Positions 55,622 to 62,843 of a stretch of 64,000 nt of DNA are shown here, in pieces (position 1 is the first letter of the stretch; each line of letters begins with the position of its first letter). Made by a program: the position numbers and the translations under genes. Source of the DNA: Proteiniborus sp. (GTDB lineage: Bacteria > Bacillota > Clostridia > Tissierellales > Proteiniboraceae); the NCBI RefSeq assembly GCF_040308045.1, contig NZ_JAWRHZ010000060.1, positions 41,197 through 105,196 on the forward strand, in the 5' to 3' direction. Below the pieces are notes generated by a model, which did not search any database, was not told the origin of the DNA, and saw only the letters and a program-made list of their open reading frames with translations.

Positions 55622-56458
55622 ATGGATAATGAAGCATTATTGAAATACTATATATACAATGGTGAAATAGTACCTATATCAAAGGATGATGGATTTAAGG
55701 AAGCAACTTCACCATTGATATATGAAGTGATTAGAATTATTGATGGTGTTCCAGTATTTCTAGAGGGACATATAGAGAGAATGAGAAAGTCAGCTGAACT
55801 AATAGGTAAGACTATAAAAAAATCTGATGAAGAGATTACAGAGGAAATACATAAGCTAATAGATGCTAATAAAGAGCATAACATGAATATAAAGCTTTTA
55901 TGTACTAACATAGATAGCCCAAATCAGACATTTATGATTTATTATAATAAAAGCAGCTATCCAGAAAAAGAAGTATATGCAAAGGGAATCCATACTATTC
56001 TATTCGACTCTGAAAGGGAAAACCCCAATGCAAAAATAGTTAATGCTGATTTGAGACAGAGAATTAATGATGAAATTAAAGCACAAAATGCCTATGAAGC
56101 TCTTTTAGTAAATAGAAATGGATACATTACAGAAGGTAGCCGCTCAAATATGTTTTTTGTAAAGGGTGACAAGGTCTATACAGCACCAGCAGGAGATGTG
56201 CTCTTAGGAATAACAAGAAATGAAATTATGAACGTATGTAGGGAGAGGGACATAGAAGTAATAGAGGAAGAAGTTCACAAGAATTCTTTAAAGGGCCTTG
56301 ATGGAGCTTTTATGACAGGTACATCAGTCAATGCTCTTCCTATAGCGACTATAGATGATATCAAGCTAGACTCGGTAAACAATCATATTATCAAAAGAAT
56401 AGCAGAAGGCTATTTACAAAAAATGCAGGAATATATAAAAATAAATATAAAAAAATAA
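55622..56458 (+). CDS. Class IV (fold type IV) aminotransferase / aminodeoxychorismate-lyase-like
   Basis: ATG 55622 sits 6 nt after AGAGGTGA. EGHIERM, TEGSRSNMFFV and GITR motifs. Confidence 0.8.
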   Translation: MDNEALLKYYIYNGEIVPISKDDGFKEATSPLIYEVIRIIDGVPVFLEGHIERMRKSAELIGKTIKKSDEEITEEIHKLIDANKEHNMNIKLLCTNIDSPNQTFMIYYNKSSYPEKEVYAKGIHTILFDSERENPNAKIVNADLRQRINDEIKAQNAYEALLVNRNGYITEGSRSNMFFVKGDKVYTAPAGDVLLGITRNEIMNVCRERDIEVIEEEVHKNSLKGLDGAFMTGTSVNALPIATIDDIKLDSVNNHIIKRIAEGYLQKMQEYIKINIKK

Positions 56459-56479
56459 TAAAATTTTCCAAAAAAGGTA

Positions 56480-56508
56480 TTGCAATATGTAAAAAATGGT
56501 GGTAATAT
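56480..56508 (+). promoter_or_regulatory. Putative promoter with an extended -10
   Basis: TTGCAA, a 17-nt spacer ending in TGg, then TAATAT. About 55 nt upstream of the 28-codon ORF. Confidence 0.45.
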
Positions 56509-56564
56509 AAAAAGGTAGCCTAATTTAGTAGGCTTTACCAATAATGAAAAGGAGGCCGTGAAAG

Positions 56565-56651
56565 ATGTTAATGAGAAATTTGAACAGAACTAACAGAATT
56601 GAAAACAGAAATAATAACGGCCTGCGAACAGGTAGAAGAGTTAATTTATAG
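56565..56651 (+). CDS. 28-codon Asn/Arg-rich micro-ORF
   Basis: GGAGG lies 9 nt before the ATG. MLMRNLNRTNRIENRNNNGLRTGRRVNL, followed by a terminator. Whether it is translated is uncertain. Confidence 0.35.
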   Translation: MLMRNLNRTNRIENRNNNGLRTGRRVNL

Positions 56652-56686
56652 TTATTTTTTGATGATAAAATAATTATGATGTTTCT

Positions 56687-56715
56687 AGTCGCAGGTGTAT
56701 AGTCTGCGACTTTTT
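56687..56715 (+). terminator. Intrinsic terminator
   Basis: AGTCGCAG-N9-CTGCGACT followed by a T-run. Confidence 0.75.
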
Positions 56716-56753
56716 ATATTTTTATGCACTTTTATTGTGTTGAAAAATAATAT

Positions 56754-56782
56754 AGTCGTGGGCTAGATGCTCGCGACTTTTT
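56754..56782 (+). terminator. Second terminator-like hairpin
   Basis: AGTCGTG-N11-CGCGACT (one G-U pair) followed by TTTTT. The stem sequence is related to that of the previous hairpin. Confidence 0.5.
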
Positions 56783-56838
56783 GTTTGAGCCAATACATAA
56801 GCAACTTGCACGAAATCAGAGAATTCAGCAATATGCTT
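56781..56838 (-). repeat. Partial copy (part 2, inverted) of the intergenic repeat element
   Basis: The reverse complement AAGCATATTGCTGAATTCTCTGATTTCGTGCAAGTTGCTTATGTATTGGCTCAAACAA aligns to 25255-25314 with a 2-nt indel. Confidence 0.5.
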
Positions 56839-56862
56839 GTAGTTTTGTATTAAAAAGCCGCA

Positions 56863-56893
56863 GAGTAACTATCTGCGGCTTTTATTATGCCTG
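56863..56893 (+). terminator. Third intrinsic terminator
   Basis: AAAAGCCGCAG-N9-CTGCGGCTTTT. Confidence 0.7.
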
Positions 56894-57026
56894 TATTTCA
56901 AAAACATACTATAAATTCAACAAAAAACCAGAATGGACATTTTTAATTGCTCAATCGTTATATATATGAAAGCACGTAAGCGGAGGTAGATTTTATGTAT
57001 TAGAAATATTTAAGGAGGTGATTTGC

Positions 57027-57149
57027 ATGAATGACGTCTTACAGCTGGTAACTTCATTTTATTTACTCGAGAAAAGTGCCAAGAAAAAGGATAAGAAAAG
57101 ACATAGGGACTTTAAGTTAAGCTTAGATCCTGAGAAAAAAGTACATTAG
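57027..57149 (+). CDS. Micro-ORF P1 (40 aa), Lys-rich; divergent member of the array
   Basis: AAGGAGGTG lies 6 nt before the ATG. MNDVLQLVTSFYLLEKSAKKKDKKRHRDFKLSLDPEKKVH. Confidence 0.5.
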   Translation: MNDVLQLVTSFYLLEKSAKKKDKKRHRDFKLSLDPEKKVH

Positions 57150-57178
57150 TATAACATATAGCATTGGAGGTGATAGAT

Positions 57179-57304
57179 ATGTTTATACAAAATCCGATAG
57201 AAGCAAATATTTTGCTATATGATTTAGATAAAGATTCTCGTTTAGAAGAATTTTTAAGGCTAGAAAGTAAAAAGACTAAAAAGAAAAGCGATAGGATGTG
57301 GTAG
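57179..57304 (+). CDS. Micro-ORF P2 (41 aa)
   Basis: GGAGGTG lies 6 nt before the ATG. MFIQNPIEANILLYDLDKDSRLEEFLRLESKKTKKKSDRMW. Confidence 0.55.
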   Translation: MFIQNPIEANILLYDLDKDSRLEEFLRLESKKTKKKSDRMW

Positions 57305-57305
57305 T

Positions 57306-57413
57306 ATGTTTACAAGCTTAATAATGCAATATGATTATCATAAAGATTTTCGTTTAGAAGAATTTTTGAAGCTAGAAAGCAAAAAGACTAAAAAGAAAAA
57401 ATATATGAAATAG
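57306..57413 (+). CDS. Micro-ORF P3 (35 aa)
   Basis: The ATG is 1 nt after the P2 stop, suggesting coupling. MFTSLIMQYDYHKDFRLEEFLKLESKKTKKKKYMK. A 49-nt block is nearly identical to P2. Confidence 0.5.
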   Translation: MFTSLIMQYDYHKDFRLEEFLKLESKKTKKKKYMK

Positions 57414-57492
57414 TATTATGTTCAGTCTTTCTAAGCTAAATCGGAAAAAATAGATTTTCCAAAACACATTACAGGATAGGCAGGTGATATGT

Positions 57493-57618
57493 ATGAATTT
57501 ATTAGGGGTAACTGTTACAGAATTTGAACTAAAAAAATATGAAACAAAAAAAGATGTTGGTTTAAATGAGTATTTAAGACTAGAGTTCAAAAAAAATAAA
57601 AATATTTGGAGGAGATAA
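57493..57618 (+). CDS. Micro-ORF P4 (41 aa)
   Basis: AGGTGA lies 5 nt before the ATG. MNLLGVTVTEFELKKYETKKDVGLNEYLRLEFKKNKNIWRR. Confidence 0.5.
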   Translation: MNLLGVTVTEFELKKYETKKDVGLNEYLRLEFKKNKNIWRR

Positions 57619-57622
57619 TGTG

Positions 57623-57715
57623 ATGTTTGATTTTAATATTATGAACGATTTTGAAGTTAGATTTTATAGGGGGTTAAATGAATACTATAAACTTGAATTT
57701 GAAAACAATACCTAG
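57623..57715 (+). CDS. Micro-ORF P5 (30 aa)
   Basis: GGAGGAG lies 8 nt before the ATG; the SD overlaps the end of P4. MFDFNIMNDFEVRFYRGLNEYYKLEFENNT. Confidence 0.5.
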   Translation: MFDFNIMNDFEVRFYRGLNEYYKLEFENNT

Positions 57716-57742
57716 CTACGCTATCAGATAAATCAAACATGG

Positions 57743-57772
57743 GGCAGATGTTAATAAGTGTTAATATCTGCC
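57743..57772 (+). promoter_or_regulatory. Stem-loop between the micro-ORF array and the GNAT gene
   Basis: GGCAGAT-N16-ATCTGCC with no T-run; the loop contains a direct repeat GTTAAT..GTTAAT. Confidence 0.35.
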
Positions 57773-57803
57773 TGCATATCAAACCTAACAAGGGGGTTAT
57801 AAA

Positions 57804-60800
57804 ATGGGAGATATTAAAATAGTAGAATACGATAAAATGTATGCTAAATCATTAGCGGATATGTGGAATATGAGTATGGACAGTTGGGGTGGTTCGGATA
57901 GCATATACACTGAAGAAAGTGTAATTGAAGAAAATGAAAATACAGGAAATCTAAACATATATGTAGCTTTAGATGGAGATGAGGCTGTTGGATATTGCAG
58001 CTTTTCAGAATATAGGCAGGATGAGGGAGCCTTATACATTCCTACATTAAATGTTCGTCCAGATTACCATGGGAAAAAGGTAGGAAAAGCATTAGTACTT
58101 CAGGCTGTTAAAAGAACTATAGAGTTAGGGTGGCCTAGGATTGACTTATACACTTGGCCAGGCAATACAAAAGCAGTTCCGTTATATAAGAAGTGTGGCT
58201 TCTTCTGGGAGAAAAGGGATGATTCTACGCATTTAATGAATTTCATACCTACAGTATTGCAAACAGATGCTGTGAAGGAATTCTTTGAAGTGTTTGACTG
58301 GTACCAGGATTGTAAGAGAAATATTGAAATAAAGCCAGATGGAAATGAAGAAGATAAGTTTTCAAATTATGAGTACATATGGGAAAAGGACGAAAAGTAT
58401 CTAAGAATGGGTTTTGACAGAAAAGGAAGGGGATTGCGTTTAATCGAGACTGATGATTATCTAATAAGTGCAGATATTCAAGAGCAAGAGCTAGTTTTCG
58501 GAAGGGAATATAATATAAGCTACAACATTGTAAATAAAACTGGTAAAAAATTAGATATAACTATTAATGGAGAGGATGATAAAAATATTAAGTTTTCCTT
58601 TAAAACAGTCTCGTCAGTAGAAGATAAGCAAACCATTACTGCTAGCTTTTTTGTTGATGCAATAGAAGAGGAGCAAAGTCATTGGAGAACCCATCCTTGT
58701 GTGCTAGCTAATATATCAATTAATGGTAAAAATGCTTTGTTTAAGATAGGAATTAAGCCTAAGTTTCCAGCAAAGCTTTCCTTATCAGCACCAAATACAC
58801 ATAAGTTGAAGAATACAAGTTCAGAATTTTATATTGATATTGAAAACAGCTTTAAGGAAAAGGCTGTATTCCAGTTTGTATTACCTGAATCAGATAATAT
58901 AATAATTCAAAATAGGAGCTTTAGCATAACATTAGCTTCACAAGAAAAATCCTCTATAATGGTGCCATACATTTTAAATAAATCATTTTCATATGAGGCT
59001 ACGATAAGTATTAAGGCAAATCTTTCAAATAGCTCTGTGGAATTTAAGAGAAAGATATCCTTACAATTTAGTGGATATAATAGTAAATTTGGTGGAGAGT
59101 CAGATGAATATTGGAGCGTGTTTAATGGAAGCTATTCATTACATTTAACTAAGTTCGATAATGACTTAATATTAAGAAGAATACCTGGAATCAGTCATGA
59201 AGTGGTAGCATTCTATCCTAAGATTGGATTGCCTTTTTCTCTTGAATTCTCTAAGGAAAGGCCTCACACAGTAGAAAGTTATTGTGAAGGTGATTACATT
59301 GCTTTAAAAGCTTTTTATAGCTCAAGAGACTTTAAACATATACAGATTGTATCTATATCAAAGCTATATGCTAATGGTTTGGTAGAACACAGCTATGAGA
59401 TACAGAACACTAATGATGTAGATGCTGATGAGGAAGTATGGTTTAGTCAGAGCTACTATTATGATCTTATAGATGCTATCATTCCTTACGAAGATAAGTA
59501 CATAAAATTAATTGGAGAAGATAGCAGTGGCTTAGATTTTTGGGATAGCAATAAATTTACTGAGAACTGGATTTACTCCAGCGAGGAAAATGCAACTATC
59601 AGCCTATGCTGGCCAGTGAAGGACAAAATAAAATTCAACAACTGGTATTTGTCAATTGACAAAAATCTAGGCAAGATTCCTGCTCATTCAAGTATATGTA
59701 CAGAACCATGCTATATGGCAATAGATACCTTTAAGGATTGGAAGGAATTAAGAAGATTTGCAATGAAGGATGGCTGTCAAGATAATAACAAGCTGAACAC
59801 CACTGATAAGCTTGAAATAAATATTAACAATGGAAATCCATTTGTAGGTGACAGATTTGATGTAAGGATAAAAGACTATAGAAAATCTTATTTTGATGGA
59901 AAAATGAAACTAAGTTCAATTAATGATTCCATTAAAGAGCTTGAGAAAAAATTCAGTATTATTGATCAAGCTAATGAGACTGTATTTTCTGTTACTGGAA
60001 ATAACACTCCTAAAATTGATACATTAGCATTGAATATTGATTTTGATTCAGTATTGCTACAGAAGAAGTCGGCAGTATTTAAGATTGACGACAATGCAGT
60101 GATTAAGAAAAATAGAAATATGAGAAACGGAATGGAAACTTTATCACTTGATAATGGAGAAATGATAATTAAAACTTCTCCGCAGTTTTCAGGTACTATA
60201 TATTCTCTACTATACAACTCTAAGGAATGGCTCGATACTTCTTTTCCTGAACCTAGACCTAAATCATGGTGGAATCCATGGTTTGGTGGAATAGTAACAT
60301 TGCCAGAAGAAATGACTGCGAGGTCATTTGCTGAAGAAGATAGAGAAGCGGATTTCGTAGAACTAAACGATAATGTAGGAAATACTTGGAATGGAATAGT
60401 CATAAGAACAAATATAAAGAAAAATGAAAAATTCAAGGGACTTAAGATAGCACAGTACTATTTAATGCTTCCAGGAGTACCAGTACTATGTCAAACTACA
60501 GAAATTACTCAAGAGACAGGTTATTATTTTAATTCTAAGAGCTTCATGACAGATATGTATCTTAAGCTAGATGAAGAGTATAAAAACAGCATGGTAACCA
60601 TAAAGACTCTCTCTGGACAATTAGCAACATATAAAGCAGTAAAAGACTATGATATTAAAACTGATGGAGCTTTGATTTTCAGTAGTGTAAATAGGGAGGA
60701 TAAGCTGATGGTTTATAATAATGGAAACATTCCTATGTATGGCTTTACCGATAACGAAGCAATAGGGGCCTGTATAATTAATAAAATGGATATTAAGAAT

Positions 60801-60896
60801 AATGAAAAGGTCTTCTTACCAGCAAGCTTTTTAATATTTACTAATGAAGTAATGGATGATGACATGTTGAAATGCTTAAGAAATATAAGATTTTAG
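57804..60896 (+). CDS. 1030-aa protein: N-terminal GNAT acetyltransferase domain fused to a roughly 870-aa region of unknown function
   Basis: AAGGGGG lies 7 nt before the ATG. GNAT core GYCSF...LNVRPDYHGKKVGKALVLQAVKRTIELGW...NTKAVPLYKKCGFFWE. The rest is beta-rich and I recognise no motif in it. Confidence 0.8.
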   Translation: MGDIKIVEYDKMYAKSLADMWNMSMDSWGGSDSIYTEESVIEENENTGNLNIYVALDGDEAVGYCSFSEYRQDEGALYIPTLNVRPDYHGKKVGKALVLQAVKRTIELGWPRIDLYTWPGNTKAVPLYKKCGFFWEKRDDSTHLMNFIPTVLQTDAVKEFFEVFDWYQDCKRNIEIKPDGNEEDKFSNYEYIWEKDEKYLRMGFDRKGRGLRLIETDDYLISADIQEQELVFGREYNISYNIVNKTGKKLDITINGEDDKNIKFSFKTVSSVEDKQTITASFFVDAIEEEQSHWRTHPCVLANISINGKNALFKIGIKPKFPAKLSLSAPNTHKLKNTSSEFYIDIENSFKEKAVFQFVLPESDNIIIQNRSFSITLASQEKSSIMVPYILNKSFSYEATISIKANLSNSSVEFKRKISLQFSGYNSKFGGESDEYWSVFNGSYSLHLTKFDNDLILRRIPGISHEVVAFYPKIGLPFSLEFSKERPHTVESYCEGDYIALKAFYSSRDFKHIQIVSISKLYANGLVEHSYEIQNTNDVDADEEVWFSQSYYYDLIDAIIPYEDKYIKLIGEDSSGLDFWDSNKFTENWIYSSEENATISLCWPVKDKIKFNNWYLSIDKNLGKIPAHSSICTEPCYMAIDTFKDWKELRRFAMKDGCQDNNKLNTTDKLEININNGNPFVGDRFDVRIKDYRKSYFDGKMKLSSINDSIKELEKKFSIIDQANETVFSVTGNNTPKIDTLALNIDFDSVLLQKKSAVFKIDDNAVIKKNRNMRNGMETLSLDNGEMIIKTSPQFSGTIYSLLYNSKEWLDTSFPEPRPKSWWNPWFGGIVTLPEEMTARSFAEEDREADFVELNDNVGNTWNGIVIRTNIKKNEKFKGLKIAQYYLMLPGVPVLCQTTEITQETGYYFNSKSFMTDMYLKLDEEYKNSMVTIKTLSGQLATYKAVKDYDIKTDGALIFSSVNREDKLMVYNNGNIPMYGFTDNEAIGACIINKMDIKNNEKVFLPASFLIFTNEVMDDDMLKCLRNIRF

Positions 60897-60908
60897 GAGA
60901 ATAGTCAT

Positions 60909-61304
60909 ATGAAAATAATAGATGCCCATTTGCACTTTTCTAGAATTGAAAGCTTTGAGAAAACAGCTAAGGATATTTCCTTTGTAGATTATTCTGCATT
61001 AGGACTGAATAAGGAGTTTGAGAATAATAATATTATAGCAGGGATTGGAATGGGAGTAACAGAGGAAATGAAAGGAGGATTCCCTGACGTTTCCTCCTCT
61101 AATCCCATGAGCCTCGACTTAGAACATAAGCTACCAAGTAAATTAGCATATTGTGTTGGTATTAATCCAGTTAAACTGGTAGGAGAATCAAAAGAAAAAG
61201 AGCTCTTACAAATTGAAGAAGCATTAAAGAATAATTCCATTGGCATAAAGATATATGCAGGGTATTATCCATTTTATGTATTTAGCAAGCTAAAGAATAA
61301 GTAA
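60909..61304 (+). pseudogene. Truncated amidohydrolase-family gene (N-terminal third to half only)
   Basis: MKIIDAHLHF... metal-binding HxH start and ...GIKIYAGYYPFY, then a stop after 131 codons. 61305-61412 is non-coding. Full-length relatives, as I recall them, are about twice this size. Confidence 0.5.
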
Positions 61305-61412
61305 ATCTAATATAGCTATTAATTATACTAAAGCTATTTTGATTATTAGTAATCAAAGTGATAAACTAGTAATATATGTTATTTAGCAACAATATTTTGA
61401 GGGGGTGCCACA

Positions 61413-62843
61413 ATGCAGGTTAGTATGTCAAGGTATTTGCAAGAGAAGAAGCAGTTACTAAAGGAACTAGTTTCTGAATTATCCAAGTCTTTTAAATATG
61501 TATCTGTTTTAGGAGCAGATACATGTGGTAAGACATATTCTGTTTACAAGACAGGAATTAGCTTAAACGATTCAGAATGGACTGAGAGAGGATTTGTAGT
61601 GAGAGTTCATAATGGATACAATTACTCAGAATATTCCTTTAATAGACTATCAGAAGAAGGATTAGGTTCACTAATCGAAAACATAAAGAATAAGGTTAAT
61701 AATGATATTAACAGACTGAAAGAATCAGCAGTGAAGATAGGTACTTATCCAGTTATTGAAGAGGATAAGATTGCAGAAAAGGTTTTCAAAGAAGTAGAGA
61801 TACTTCCTGAGGAAGTAAGTGCTGAGGAAAAAATTAAGACAATGACTAGAATAAAGGATGAGGCCTTTACTTATTCAGATTTGCTAGTGGATTTTAGAAT
61901 AACCTATGGAGACTGTCATGTATCAAAAATCTTTATTTCTCAAAATAAAGATTTAGAGCAATCCTACATATGGAGTCAGGGAAGTCTTTCAGCAGTAGTT
62001 AGAAAAGATGATAATACCAAGTTTTACTATGATAGTGTAGCGGGACTAAAGGGTGTTGAACTACTTGACGAGCTTCAGCATAAAGTAAAAGAAGTAATAT
62101 CGTATGCAGAGAAACTTCTAGATGCAAAGAAAATCATCCCAGGAGAATATGATGTCATATGCTCACCAGGAATAGCAGGCTTAATAGCACATGAGGCTTT
62201 TGGACATGGTGTTGAAATGGATATGTTCGTTAAAAATCGAGCAAAGGCTGCTGAATTTATTAATAAAGAAGTGGCATCAGAGTTAGTAATAATGCATGAT
62301 GGAGCAGCTGCAGCAGAAAATGTATCCTCATACTTTTTTGATGATGAAGGCGTTCTTGGAACCGATACAATAATAATAGATAAAGGAATTCTCAAAACTG
62401 GAATATCAGATTTACTTTCAGCACTAAGGCTAGGTACAAAGCCTACTGGCAACGGTAAAAGAGAATCCTTTGAAAGGAAAGCCTATGCAAGAATGACTAA
62501 TACATTCTTCGAAGGTGGTAAAGATAAACTTGAGGATATGATTGCTTCAGTAAAAGAAGGCTACCTTCTTGACGTTATGTTAAGTGGTATGGAAGACCCA
62601 AAAAACTGGGGAATTCAGTGTATGATTCTAATAGCAAAGGAAATAAAAAACGGAGTGCTAACAGGAAATATTATGTCTCCTGTTATTATGACTGGCTATG
62701 TTCCAGATGTTCTAAAATCCATCTCTATGGTATCAGAGGAAGTGGAGATTTTTGGTTCAGGAGCTTGTGGAAAGGGCTACAAGGAGTGGGTAAAAGCAGC
62801 TGATGGAGGTCCATATATTAAAGCAAGAGTGAGGTTGGGATAA
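61413..62843 (+). CDS. tldD: TldD-family metallopeptidase
   Basis: 476 aa. HEAFGHGVEMD (HExxxH) and a C-terminal GxC...GG region. GAGGGGGTG lies 5 nt before the ATG. Confidence 0.85.
   Translation: MQVSMSRYLQEKKQLLKELVSELSKSFKYVSVLGADTCGKTYSVYKTGISLNDSEWTERGFVVRVHNGYNYSEYSFNRLSEEGLGSLIENIKNKVNNDINRLKESAVKIGTYPVIEEDKIAEKVFKEVEILPEEVSAEEKIKTMTRIKDEAFTYSDLLVDFRITYGDCHVSKIFISQNKDLEQSYIWSQGSLSAVVRKDDNTKFYYDSVAGLKGVELLDELQHKVKEVISYAEKLLDAKKIIPGEYDVICSPGIAGLIAHEAFGHGVEMDMFVKNRAKAAEFINKEVASELVIMHDGAAAAENVSSYFFDDEGVLGTDTIIIDKGILKTGISDLLSALRLGTKPTGNGKRESFERKAYARMTNTFFEGGKDKLEDMIASVKEGYLLDVMLSGMEDPKNWGIQCMILIAKEIKNGVLTGNIMSPVIMTGYVPDVLKSISMVSEEVEIFGSGACGKGYKEWVKAADGGPYIKARVRLG

Noticed and set aside
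56781-56969. 62-aa + ORF (MFEPIHKQLARNQ...)
   Set aside because: TTG start with no SD. It runs through the repeat element and straight through a strong terminator hairpin (56863-56893).
57372-57590. 72-aa minus-strand ORF across the micro-ORF array
   Set aside because: No SD and a Phe/Ser/Leu-rich shadow composition. The + strand shows four SD-start pairs and a conserved peptide motif that the minus frame cannot explain.
59966-60436. 156-aa minus-strand ORF
   Set aside because: Embedded antisense in the 1030-aa GNAT-fusion ORF.
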